A DNA stretch of 64,000 nt from assembly GCA_964187785.1 (NCBI GenBank), contig OZ076409.1, forward strand, positions 87,546,001-87,610,000, written 5' to 3'. This document shows, piece by piece, positions 42,901 to 55,395 of this stretch. Under the pieces are notes generated by a model. The model was given only the letters and a program-made list of their open reading frames with translations, was not told the DNA's origin and did no database searches. Source of the DNA: Amphiscolops sp. MND2022. Taxonomy: Eukaryota. Within the stretch, counting starts at the first letter, position 1. Every line of letters starts with the position of its first letter. Position numbers and translations under genes: made by a program.

Positions 42901-45068
42901 AGTAAGCAGAGAAGGATTTTGCATTGGACCTGCCTCTACTGGTGGAGGAGACAGCACGCGATGTCAAAATCTTAAATACAATTGCCGCAATCGAACAACA
43001 ACAACTGGAAAGTATATTCTATCCATACCGCCCTCACCGTCTACATCTATCAACCAGATTCGGATTGCTATTTTATAACGACAGAATAGTCATCCCGGAA
43101 AACATGCGGTCGACAATCATTGCTATGCTGCACCACGGCCATGTCTCCAAAAATAAAATGGAACAACTCGCAGAAGCCTTCTGGTGGCCCGGCCTGAACC
43201 GAGATGTACACGAAAAAGCAGAGACATGCCCGAGTTGTAGAGCCGCAGGTAAGAACATCATTACACAAATTCCGTCAACGGAGAAAATCAATTTAGAAAT
43301 TTTACCCGAACCGAATCAGGAGATTCAATTGGATTTCGCCGGTCCAATTAAATCAAAATCACGCTGTGACGTTTACATTTTAGTAGCAGTAGACCGTTTT
43401 AGCAAGTGGCCCACCGCACAAGTATGCAAAAGTGCGGATACTCGGACCGTTTTAAAATTTTTAACCGAATATTTCACAAACAACGGGACACCACAGTGCA
43501 TTAGAACCGATAACGGCAGCTGCTTCAAAAGCAGCGAATTCAAAAAATTTTGTACGGATGAAAACATAAAACGTATAAGATGCACTCCGAACCTACATAC
43601 CGGCATTGGCCTAGTCGAGCGTATGATACGGACAATTAAGTCATTAACTAGAGCGAATATGGCCAATGGATTAAAATTTGAAGACAGTATCCAATTAGCA
43701 ATCAAAACAATCAGACAGACTCCACACAGTAGATTAAATATGACGCCTTTTCAAATGCACTTAGGCAGAAAACCACGAACTGCACTTACCAACATATTCG
43801 GTAAATCTGAATGTCTGCTATCCATTTGGAAGAAAACACTAACTAATTATTTTTTAGCACAACCAACAGAGTTACAAGTAGTCACCATCAACGATGCTGA
43901 AGGGGAAATGGCTGACTACCTGGTGCTCAACGATACTCGAAAAAGAAGCCGTTCGGTAAGCCGGAAATTCCAAAAATATCAGTTCTTAGAAAAAGAAAAC
44001 AAACCCAATTCAATGAAATGTGGTTTTAAAACAGATAAAATTTTAACGGCAACAAAAGAAACCGATCATACTGTCACTACCTCTGACGGCAGGACAATAC
44101 ACAAAAAACTTGCCTTTAAAATTTCAGACCCAAAGGAAACCAGACGAACCGAAAAATGCCATTACCCGGTGCAAAAGGTGCGGAAAATTCAGCAGAGGCA
44201 AATACTGTGAAGCACACCGACAATTAGACAGTAATAACAATGACGCCGAGGAAGGACCTAGCACCAGCCGCAATTTCCCGACAATGCCCGCAAAGAAGAA
44301 ATACAAGCGGATAATCACATACGATTCATCCAGCAGAGAATCTAACACCGCCGACCCCAGCTCGGGAGAAGACAACCCCAACTCCGACAGAGAAGAAGAA
44401 GATCCGGAAGAGACAGACCTCAGAGCCGAGATCGGACGAGAAATTGAAAGATTGCGGGAGCAGACACCGGCACCCACAACACAGGTCGGATGTAGCACCG
44501 GACGGGCCAGCAACCCACCACAACCGGACGTTCAAGGTACACCGATACACCGCCAAACAACGCCTGATACTGGAATCGGAACCGCCGAACTAGGAGACGG
44601 AATAACAGGTAAAATAAGGGCGGAACAAAACTCTTACTTTGAAAAAAAATCAAATAAAATCAGAACCTGAACCGCGTAGATCCGAAAGGATAAAATCAGC
44701 ACGAAGAGTAGTGAAACTAGGTGGGGTAGAATATTTTTAAATCTTTTACGTTTAGGAGACGCCTACACTTTCACCACTCCAGCTCAATTCCCGTTCACTC
44801 CATTTCCACGAATCAAGAAAGACAATCCACGACAACAATGGCTCCCTTAGAAGATCCCGGAAGAAGGGGAAAGTGGCATGAAATGGCAAAACGCACAATA
44901 CAATTAAAATGAACATTGAACTACCTGCCACTTTTATAATGTCATGCAATGTTAATGCGTATATGAGATACACTCTGAAAAACAGCTACAATTCAGATTT
45001 GCTTTGATACTTACGCTCTAGCTTTTTAATTCACTGTATTTATCCTCTTGTTTCTCCAAGTTACTTCA
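39970..45068 (+). mobile_element. Ty3/gypsy family A copy 2, degenerate, RT deleted (5099 bp)
   Basis: LTRs 39970-40166 and 44872-45068 (~7 differences in 197 bp), TSD CTGGG (39965-39969 / 45069-45073), PBS 40167-40180, PPT 44859-44871. Confidence 0.96.
40202..44740 (+). pseudogene. Disrupted gag-pol of family A copy 2
   Basis: Near-identical to ORF 7859-13231 but with stops (41024, 42903), frameshifts and an ~819-bp deletion at ~41650. Confidence 0.93.
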
Positions 45069-46462
45069 CTGGGGAATATTCGGTATTGGTTTTGCACGGT
45101 AATTAATCCATTTCACTTGAACTTTCCCGAAGTGGTTGTTCAACTTTGAGAGGCTCGTTTGCCATATTGACTTTGATTTGGCGGATGTAATAGTAACTGA
45201 ATTAAATTGATGATGTGATTAGGTTATTTTTGATACAGTTATAGTCACTACGTATTATTCTCCGTTTTCTCAAGAAACAAAAAGTCTCAGTTTTAGAACC
45301 AGAATATTTTCCGACATATTCTGCCAAAAGCTACTAGACACCGGTGAAAAGCTGAAAAGTTCAACTTTGCCCTTCCACTTGGCTTAGAGATTAACGCGGG
45401 TTACCATGGCTGGTAAAAATATTCGATTTATTAGGGTATCGCTCGTTATGATTTTTGATGTCTTTGCTTAAGAAGACTACAGGTCTCGGTCTCTCGTTTT
45501 TTTGAGACTACAGAGTCAGATCTTTGGGTATTATTGCCACTGTGCGACCATATTACAAATTTGATTAGGAAAAATGAAAAAATTTTGTGTGTGAAAACTG
45601 TGTTTGAAACTGAAAGAAAGTTCAATTTTTCAGTTGGCCTCAATAGCTAAATTGCATTATGGGCTGGCAAGAAGCTAAGAAGCTTCCCATAATTCTTTTG
45701 TTCAAAATAATTTTATAAAATGGATGCAACAAAGCGCTTCAAGCCTTTGGTTTTTGAGCACTCTCCGGATTTGTTCGAATACTTTTTTCATTTCACTTGG
45801 GGGTCTCTATTTCGTTTTCTATTCAAGAGGAAATTTTAGGAAATTTTCAGGAACTTTTTTCAGAAAATTTTGGATGTTTTGAGCTAGAAAAAAGTCCAAC
45901 TTTTGAGCTGACCTAAAATCTAAAATGCAACCAAATTATTTTTTTAATTTTTAAAGTTCGAACGATAACATTTATAACATCAAATTGCCTACTATCAGAA
46001 TTTTCAGTGATATGTATTTTCAACTATATTGGATACTGCGAGGACAGAAACCAGTGAAGTTTTTTCAACTTTCCCTTTGGATCTTTTTAGGCATAGTGCA
46101 TTGACCAGTTTTCAGATAGATCGAGATTTTTTAAAATGGTCACTTTTTAAAATTACGACACTTTTTGTCAAACAATTGAGGCCGGAGGATGTCTCTTTTT
46201 TGTTCGACTTTTTAAGAAAAACAGAACCGACTATAGTAGTGCTTTTCCAAGTCCGTCCATCCGAAAGACTTCTATAAGCAATTCTAGAAATTTTTATATT
46301 CAAGCTGGTTTCACAGCCACTTGGCCGCCCGCCCAATGCGGCTTTCCTCTTCGGGTGGCGAGGTCTGTGAGACTTGGGTACGTGAGTTTGAGTCGCGCAC
46401 TAAACTAAAAAAATTATGTTTGCAAACGTAGAGGGAAGACCAAAGAGTCCCCTTTTGGACTA

Positions 46463-47140
46463 TTTTTAGTGTCGCATTTTCCGTTGAGAAAAAAAGCCTG
46501 ACTATTACAGTTACTAGTTTTTTTTGGGTCAGATATCAGAATGTATGTGTAGTGGACACTTTTTACAGAAACTATCAATACTATTCTACCTGCCGAGTCT
46601 GGCCTGCAAAAACGACATGCCTGGTCTAACTTAGTGCAAAGGGTTCCACTTTTTATTTTTTTTCGCATTGAGGCTGTTCAAAATTCTCATTTTTCGATTT
46701 CTTTGAAAATTTTTAATGGTCTTCATTTTTTAAATATTGTGCAACAGAATGGATGTGAAAAAATCCCAAAGGGTCCCCCATTTTCGGCAATATGAGACTG
46801 TCTCAAAATTCTCATTTTTCGCCTGAAATGGGTTTTTAAAAATATATCCATCAAAATTTTTTTCAATACTGTCCGAATTTTGGAGGTGGAGGTTCGAAAA
46901 ATTGGTGCAATGTCCGAAATTTTGACGTTATATCCGAACTATATTGGGTTTTACTAAAGAGGAGGCGGAGTTTCGAAAAAAGCGCATCCATTTACCACAG
47001 CACGCTATGTTTGAACTTCTGAAGCGTTTTCCGAGCAGGACAGGCACACTTTGGGTGTTTTGAAACTTTTCTCTGAGTTTTTCTAGCATATTGTTAAAAC
47101 TTTTTGAGCCTTGGTATAGCGCTGACTTTAGTCGTTCTAC
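46463..47140. mobile_element. Diverged, oppositely oriented copy of the Helentron/DINE-like repeat
   Basis: TTTTTAGTGTCGCATTTTCC ... TTTTGAGCCTTGGTATAGCGCTGACTTTAG, the reverse complement of the family ends. Confidence 0.55.
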
Positions 47141-47796
47141 GACTTTAGACTGTTCGACACTATGTGACTTTTTACCTAATTTGTGTGTTGCCAGCATAAG
47201 GGCCACTCTGGATTTATTTCGGCACTGTGCGACTTGCTAAAAAAGTTAAAAACATTGAAAAGTTTTCGATAATTTCCTGAAAAAATTTGTCACACACCTG
47301 TAAAAGAAAACAGTTTTCATAGTCTTAAAGGTGATCTCTTTTTTGGTCCAGTGGAATGGATAACAGTTTTTCAATGATTGCGGAAATAAAGGTTTTTTTG
47401 ATAGGTGCTACTTTCTTCGGAAACATTTCATTTGGTCAAAGGGTGCCCCTTTAGTTTCATAAATGATTTCAACCTGAGGAAAGCATTTGGTTGGCGATCT
47501 GGAAGCTTTTTTTCGGCACAGTGTAACTTTTCCCGAGAAAATAAGTTGTTGAAAAGAAATATTAAATTGGGAAAAATTCAATTTTTTAATGTTTGCAGTT
47601 GATTTTTGTGTCTTATGGGTGTCCCTTTCGGTGTATCTTTGAATACTCAAAAAACTTGGTTTTTGAAAATTTGAGCGTCCACTTAGGCCATTCCCGGCTT
47701 GTTTTTGAAGATGTATCAGCAACGATAAATTTTGCATTGTCACTGCCCCTGTTGTTTCAATTAAAATGGTTAATCAATCGTTGTCAATATGTCTTA

Positions 47797-49700
47797 TAAT
47801 AATAATAATAATTGAATTTATCAGGGTGCACTATAGATAATAATTCATAATAGGCGTACACTATATATTATCGTATTGAATCAACATATATGTACAAACG
47901 TAAAAATCATATAGCCCCAGAAAGGGCTTCCCATAAGCACAGAGGCTTTTCGAGGAGAAACCTTTTGAAACATTTTTCTTGTTTTTTTGTTTTTGTTTTA
48001 GTGTGGTAGAGATTGACTTTTATTCAACATTTTCTATCTATCCAGCAAAAAAAAACTAATTGTAAATGCGATCAATTAATTCACCATTACCAAAAATGTA
48101 AAGATCTACAATTTGGTAGTAGAAATTTTGAAATTTACTTTCGTCCATTTCGCATATCAGTTGGTCAGTAGGTAAATCACCCCACTTGCGCAAGGCATTG
48201 ATGAGTATTATTGCACAAGAATCTAGCCTGTCATTTTCTGCAGGGAGGTTCAAAATGTTTAGACTTCTATTTCTTGTTTGTCTGTTTTGAGTTCCAATGC
48301 TAAGGGTTTCGAAACTATTTTGTATCTGCTTAGGTGAAAACTTGAGAATCTCATAGACATGATACCCAAATACTGTTCCGATTTTTAGATCTTTGAAATT
48401 TCTGAAGCGCTGGTCCTAGTGGGAAGCCTTAAGGCTATCCTTATTAACTTTTTTGGAATACGAAGATCTTCTGCAATTTGGTTTTCGGGCCCAGTCCATA
48501 CAGAAGAACCCCATACTGAACAAGAGGTGATATGAAAGATCGAATATAATGCATTAATTGTTGTTTGTTCAACGTTGGAGTTAATTTGAAAAAAAATCCG
48601 CTATGTTTCGCTAGTTTGGCAGTAACATGAATAATTGTTCATCGAAGTTTAATTTTTTATCGAAATGTTTGCTCAGGTATTCCTAACTGTCACAAGAGTA
48701 AATTTCATGATCCCCTATTATTATGTTGGGATGTTTCACTGATCTTTTCTCGAAAGCGACAAACTTCGTTTTCGTGTAATTACAATCCAAGTGATTCATA
48801 TTTGCCCAGCTTTGAAACTAAATTTTATCTTCGGACTGAGTGTTCAGTTTCTCGATCATAACTGTATCATCAGCATACTTTATAATTTCATTCTGCCAAT
48901 CTTGATGAACGCAGATCTTTAATATAAATAAGAATTAAAAGAGGGCCTAGTATAATTTCCTGTGAGACTCCACGTTTTATTAATTTCATGGTTGAGCTCT
49001 CACCTTCAATTTTTACATACTGATACTTATTTGTTAAGAAACTTGTCAAGAGTTTATGGGAAATACCACGGATACCGAGATGATTCAAGTTCTTCAATAA
49101 AACGCTATGATCAACTGCGTCAAATGCCTTTCTGAAATCAACAAAAACACAGTTCGTTTTGACCTTGGACCTCCAGTTTGCTTCTATTTGTTTGAAAAGC
49201 GTTGTTGCGGCTTGGACAGAATCTTTCTTTTTTCTGAACCCGTTTTGAGTTTCTGAAAGGTTTCCAAATTTTTCAAGATTTTTTATCAATCTTTTTTGTA
49301 TTACTTTCTCGAACAGCTTTAATAAGTTACCCAGAATAGAAACTGGCCTGTAATTGGAAGCTAAATTTGTTTCTCCGGCTTTAAAAATTGGTATTACTTT
49401 AGCAATTTTCGTATTTTGAGGAAACACACATGCATTTATGCATTCATTGAAGGTAATGTTTAGATAAGGGCTAAGAATATCGGATGCTATCTTCAAAACT
49501 GCCACCTCAATGCAATCCATCCCAACAGAGTTTTTGTTTTTCAATGTGGAATTGTGTTGCAAAATTTCAACATCAGTAACTGGACAAATGAATTATGATT
49601 GCGGCTGTTCAGATTGCTGACTGTTCCAATGGTGAGTTAAAATAGTGTCGGAGGTACCAACAGCAGTTATGAAGTAATTTACACGCTAGGGCTGTTCGGT
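47797..49700 (-). mobile_element. 5'-truncated decayed non-LTR retrotransposon (CR1/L2/Jockey-group-like RT)
   Basis: KIAKVIPIFK, NYRPVS, FVDFRKAFD, GVSQ..ILGPLL; YADD in a shifted frame near 48870; (TTA)n tail at ~47797-47812. 5' boundary approximate. Confidence 0.85.
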
Positions 49701-50429
49701 AATCATTTTCAGTAACTTTGAATTGCTTGCGACTGTAACGTCTGTGTTTTGCGGTCAGAATGCCTCGCACTAAACTGCCGTGGACTGAAATGTCCGAATA
49801 CGGGAGAGTGGGTTATTTGATCGATGAATCTTTGTGAACGTTAAAAATTTAATTTTGCTGGTACACAAAATTTAGTCTTTGTTGAAAAGGTTTCTTCGCC
49901 AATTGCAATTGATTACATCTCAAATTTCTGATATAACATCCAAACAAAAGTGGCAATTCGAGTTTTTTGTTGAATTTTACTAGAATACTTCAGGTGCTAA
50001 TTGGAAACTTACAATCCTTTTTTGTTTTCAAAAAAGCAACGAAATATTCTCATCTGAAATGCTTCTGCAGATATGGAAACCATCTCATAGAAATATGCAG
50101 CTAGGATATCAGGATATCAAAGAGTTGAGGATTGAAGTTTTACAGCGCTTCTCCTTGGAAAGACTTTGCTGGCAAGAAAGTCGAGGAAAGATCCTGAATT
50201 GCAGTTCTTTCTTCCTGGTCTCGTAACGAGGCTAACTCTTCGATTGAAAGTAACTAACTTTCTTGCTCTAAGTCTTTGACCAAAAGTTGAAAAGAAGTAA
50301 AGAAGTGAAAAGAAGTGGTCCCAAGACGGGTCATGGTTATAGCTCTACAATCGTGTTGTGTCTAATTTGTTCAGGTATATAATTATATATTAGTTACGTT
50401 TAAAAAAGGTACGACTATTATGTTGTATT

Positions 50430-50565
50430 GCCTAGGCCAAATGGTACAATTTGGTGTTCTAAAATTTTGCAGAATTTGTTGAACAATTTTGGTCAGTTCG
50501 TGTGGATTGAAAAAAAAGAGTCACTATTATAATCGCCTTTCACTACATAAAGCGCCGACTGAAAA
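50430..50565. repeat. End fragment of the Helentron/DINE-like repeat
   Basis: AGTCACTATTATAATCG...AAAGCGCCGACTGAAAA, similar to 3920-4030. Confidence 0.55.
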
Positions 50566-53500
50566 TAGATATTTTTGGAACACTAACCGTTAGTAGTTTT
50601 GTTTTCGTTTCTATCATCTCATTTTTGAACGAAATGATGGCTGATGAAGTTTATTCAACCTGTTGAAGATCGAAATGACGCCATCATTCAGACACGTTTA
50701 GTATCATCACGATAATGCTTCCTTATAATCCACACAAAAATAAATCAAACAACCCAGTTGTCAACTTGTAGCAGTAATTTTTCTTCTTTGTGAGAAGTAG
50801 GTTATTATTATTATTATTGTAAATAATAACTACTAACCTCAAAAAAGTAGAAGCTAAACATGTTTTAATTCAATGTTTCCTGTTCTAGTTTTGACATAAA
50901 GACATTTCGGTAGGTCTCATTATGAACTTCTGCAAAATCTACACCGTTAATTGATTTCACAGCCTTTTAAAGCAGAACTCCATAGTTTTTTCCTCAAGTG
51001 ATTGCTAAAAAACCGAGGTTAATTGAGTCCGTGTAATCAAGTGATTTTTTCCTAATACAATTTTGACGTCAAGTGCTTTATTTTAGAAGCATGAGATTAA
51101 ATGCAGAAACATCAAGCAAGCCATTAGATCTGCAAGACCCATATTTTTCGAGCGAAAAATCATATGGACAAGATGTAGGATGCGGTACGTTTTTGGAGTA
51201 CTAAAAATTTCACACTTTTCTTAACACAATTAAGCGATCCATTAAAGCTTTCGTTTCGCTTCCTCCAGAAAGCTCAAGTTTCCCACATATTAATTAAAAT
51301 ATAAATGTTTTAGTTGATTGTGAGGCTCTTATCTGCACCCCCCCAATCAAAATCTTCAAAGTGGCCTTATTAGAAGTGAAATCTTTTCCCATAACAGGAA
51401 GTTAACGTCTGTCAGAATTGTTTTTCGAAACATTTTTCACATCTATGGATGATTATATGTTCCATATGATGTATGATGAATATGATCAAACTGTGATCAT
51501 ATTCTAAATGTTTTTTTTGTTACTCAAAAAAAAGATGCTGCTGATTACCTCATCAAGAATGTGAAACTTCATAAGGAGAAATAGTGTGAACAAAGTTTAC
51601 GTTTGGTTCCTTAAATATCACCCTGGGAAACTGAAGGCTTCTGATTTGGTTTTAAGGGTTTGTCAATAATTTTTCAAAAAAAATTGATGGTGCGAGGACA
51701 GAAAAAATCGATCGCAAAAATTCGAGATAAAGTGAGACAATGAAAAGTTTGAACTCATTAAATTGATTAATTGTTCTATTTTTTTTTCAAATTTGAGTCA
51801 AAACGTGTTTGTTATACTTCAAGAGAGTTTAATACGATTTTATTCATATTGTTGCCTCACGTATTTGATCAAACTTATCACAAATATCAGTGATATTTCT
51901 ACTAGCAAGGTTGAGATTCCATCGAAAATCGGAAGCTTACAGTAAAGTTTGAGATTGACGTTATTTTGGTTTCGCGTATTCGTTGTCTCTATTTCCGTTG
52001 AAAAAATTTGGTTCAAAAAATAGGTGAAGAAAGTTCATTTTCTTTGGAAGCATAGTCAACTTCCTTCAAGACCAGTAGGCGCCAATCTGCATTTATCCAA
52101 GTATTAGTAAGCGTCCGAGTCACTTTGGATGTGCATTCGAGGACTTAGAACTTCTTAATCGTCAAGGAGATTATGATACTTACGGGCAAACATTTTAATC
52201 AATTGATGAAAAAATACGGAGCACGAAAACAGATTCCAAAATCAATAACTATTCTATTTGAGTTACCTAATTGATTTTAAAAAACCACGTCCGAGGATCT
52301 AATAAACAGTCTGTAAATCGATGACTAACTTGTCATAAGACCTATTTAGGATTCCAACAAGGTAATTTAGGTAGTTGGTAAAATGTCAAAAGCTGGTAAT
52401 GTTGTGTATAGCAAATGGAGAGTTAAAACATCTCTAAAACTGGAAACGTTGGAGTGTCAGAAAAATCTGACAGCTTTGTAATAGTAACAGAAACTAGTAC
52501 GGAGTTTTAAAACGTTTTGTTCCAATTAGTGGAGAAATATCAGCTTTGAAGAACCAAAAACATCCTCGGATTTTCATCTGAAGTTGTACAAGGAAAATAA
52601 AATCTGCTGTTTCTATTGATTAGTTATACAGTAACCGCAAAGTTTACGCACAACATTTTTTTCGATCAAAGCGGTACACATGAGACACCATGTTCAAAGT
52701 TCTTTCTCACAAAACTTTCCAAAAATCAATCAGATGAAAATTACCAATTTTGTTGTCATAAATGATTCTGAAAAGTATTTATACCATTGGCGATGTCTTA
52801 ATGGAGGCTATAACTCAGTGGAAAACCTACAGCGTTGCGTTGCTTCCAAACATCAAAATAGCACCCAATTTTACGTTTATTCTCGAGTTTAGCGGAAATT
52901 CTACCGAACCTTAAAATTGAATTTTGCCATAATCAACTTACATGCCCTCGTTTTGTGACAAAAAGGGATTATTCAACCCTAAATTGTTGAGGATATGTAA
53001 CGGCACCCTCTGAGACAGCAAAATTAGTCGATATTGGAATTTTGGATTTGAACATGTTCAGAAAATTTCTGAAAAATTCTAATTCAATGTTTGACGTGGA
53101 AATAAGCATGTGATTGCTCTTTTCGCTGTTTCAACGAAATTGGCAGGTACTTCGACAACAAGAGCGAAGATCGAGAAAAAACATAAGGCCAGCCGCCCGA
53201 ACAGACGCCAGAGACTGCAAAAACCTCTGGAATTAGACTCTTTTGAAGGTGCTAACCTTGATTTCAGCAGTATGCTACCTTAAAAAGTGAAAGTAGTGAA
53301 AACCGTAAAAATGAGTCTTTTCGTCTAATTCACAAATCTGTGCCTGTGGTGCCCCAGCTTGCGAGCTGAATGTGGATGTTGCCAAATCGCTGTTGTGGAC
53401 GAGATTGCTGTACATTGTTGTAAGTTTATAGCTACTTTGACAATTTTAGATCTTATTTCGTAATTATAGATATTATTCCTCAAGTCACCCTGAATAACGG

Positions 53501-55235
53501 AAATTTAACATGATTTCCTTTCGGAACGTTTTTAAAGGCTGTCTAAGTGATGGTTTCGAAGAAAAAGCGTAATTCGCGCTACTGGCAGCAATTAAAGACT
53601 GGATCAGGCCGGCGAGCACTTCACAAGAAGCGGAATCCTCCTCTGACGGGACATTTTTTGCCCGAAAGAGGCAAAATGAGCTCATGGTCATGGGCGCCTG
53701 TCCCGGGCAAATACCCATATCATGTGTTCCTCTAACTCTTATGGTTACGGCGACAATGGCGAGAGCTTGTCGTTACAATAATTTGCAATGGCTAAATACT
53801 TGATGATCTAAAATGTCAGTTAATATCTTTAGGTTTTTGAGTGCTTGGAGGTAAAAACTCAATTTGAAAATTTTTCCACTCTGCTCTGGCATTGTAGAAC
53901 TGAGTATGCTAAAGGTTTTTGAGACCAATTCAAGGTAAAATGGGAAAATTTTGGAGATTGCGATCAAACTAAAGTATGTAAAATTGTAAAAAAAAACAGC
54001 ACATTGAACTCCAGTTTGATGAATTAGGGTGTCCATTGTGAACGTCGGAGTCAAGATATGCTTGAGAAATAAATACTGAACCATGGATTTCTACAAAATG
54101 TGTTTTTTTTTTGCTAAAATTGGGAGAAATCTACGAAATACTATGTGTGCGTAAACGTTTGGTGCACTACTGTATTTAGAAGTAAATCAAGCTCGGAACC
54201 GAAATTCGGCGACTGAATTGGTTATAAGCCCGCTCGACAGAACTGTTTGGACCACCTCGATCACAACTGGTTAGACAACGTCTCAATCTAGATACCAACC
54301 AACAGAGCAACCGACCGCTGTTGTTCTGGTTAAACCAAGATTTCCGTTGGATCTTTTGTTCATTTCCGTTGAACAAGCTGGTTGTTCGATTCAACCAATG
54401 TTGCTTGTTCTAGTCAACCGAATTTTGGCGGCCTCCTAGAGTGAAGATCACGTTGAAAGAGGCATGGAAGTTTTCATACGTATTTTCTGTACTGGTTGTG
54501 AAATTTCAAAATTTCACGTTTGATGGCATATTTTTAAATGACTGACGGTTGAAATTACAAAAAAATGAAATATATTAAAACTTTCAAACCTGTCGACGAA
54601 CTCTACTCAACCAAGCACTATTTCTTTTTGCTATTATGCTTTTATGGTTGTATAAACTTGACGGGGTCGCCAGTTTTAGGACTCAGACAATACGAGGGAT
54701 GGGTCATATGCTGAATCAAAAATCGGACTATTCAAGAAAACTTACTTTTGCCTTTTTGTGATATTGTTTTGGGTTTTACTTCATGGTAAGTGAATGTTTT
54801 ACTTTATCTTAAAAATTTTCTCCGAAATTTTGGAGCTCGCCGGCATAATCAGTAAATAATAAACAACTTATACATTCATGAAAGAAGCCGGAAATGTTCG
54901 AAGTCGGCGAGTCCTCTGAAGCGGCTCAAAAGCGCCTTCTGGTTATGATTGTTGTGCTTTATTGAAAATTCTGAAACTTTTATAGCCAATGGGGCATTCA
55001 AAAAGGCGAATGCTTAATTGTTCAAATTCTAATTAAATAACCAAAACGTAGTTGTATGGTGAAGGTTATCGATTCTTACTTCGCTTTGGATTCTATATCT
55101 AATTGAATTAACTGTTCTGTTCTAAGTTCCAGGTTAGTCAGAGCCCCGAATTTTCTAAAACCCAATGGTACCACCCCTATGAGTTTTGAAATGTTTTCAA
55201 CAAACAAAGTCCCTTCTTTTGTTTTTTAAAAAACT

Positions 55236-55395
55236 TTTTTTCAAAGACTTTTTCGGTAAAAAGTATTGTCTTGCGAATTTCAGTTGAAGAAAACTTTTTT
55301 CAAGTCCTAAAGGTGCACCTTTAGGACTTGAAAAAAGTTTTCCTCAACTGAACCTCGCAATAAAATATTTTTTACCAAAAAAGTCTTTGAAAAAG
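55236..55395. repeat. ~160-bp palindrome with a perfect 52-bp spacerless core
   Basis: AAAACTTTTTTCAAGTCCTAAAGGTG|CACCTTTAGGACTTGAAAAAAGTTTT at 55290-55341, with imperfect arms beyond. Confidence 0.9.

Noticed and set aside
54680..54785. Possible plus-strand exon (TTTTAG|...CATG|GTAAGT) with a hydrophobic end
   Set aside because: No recognisable homology or partner exons; needs RNA evidence.
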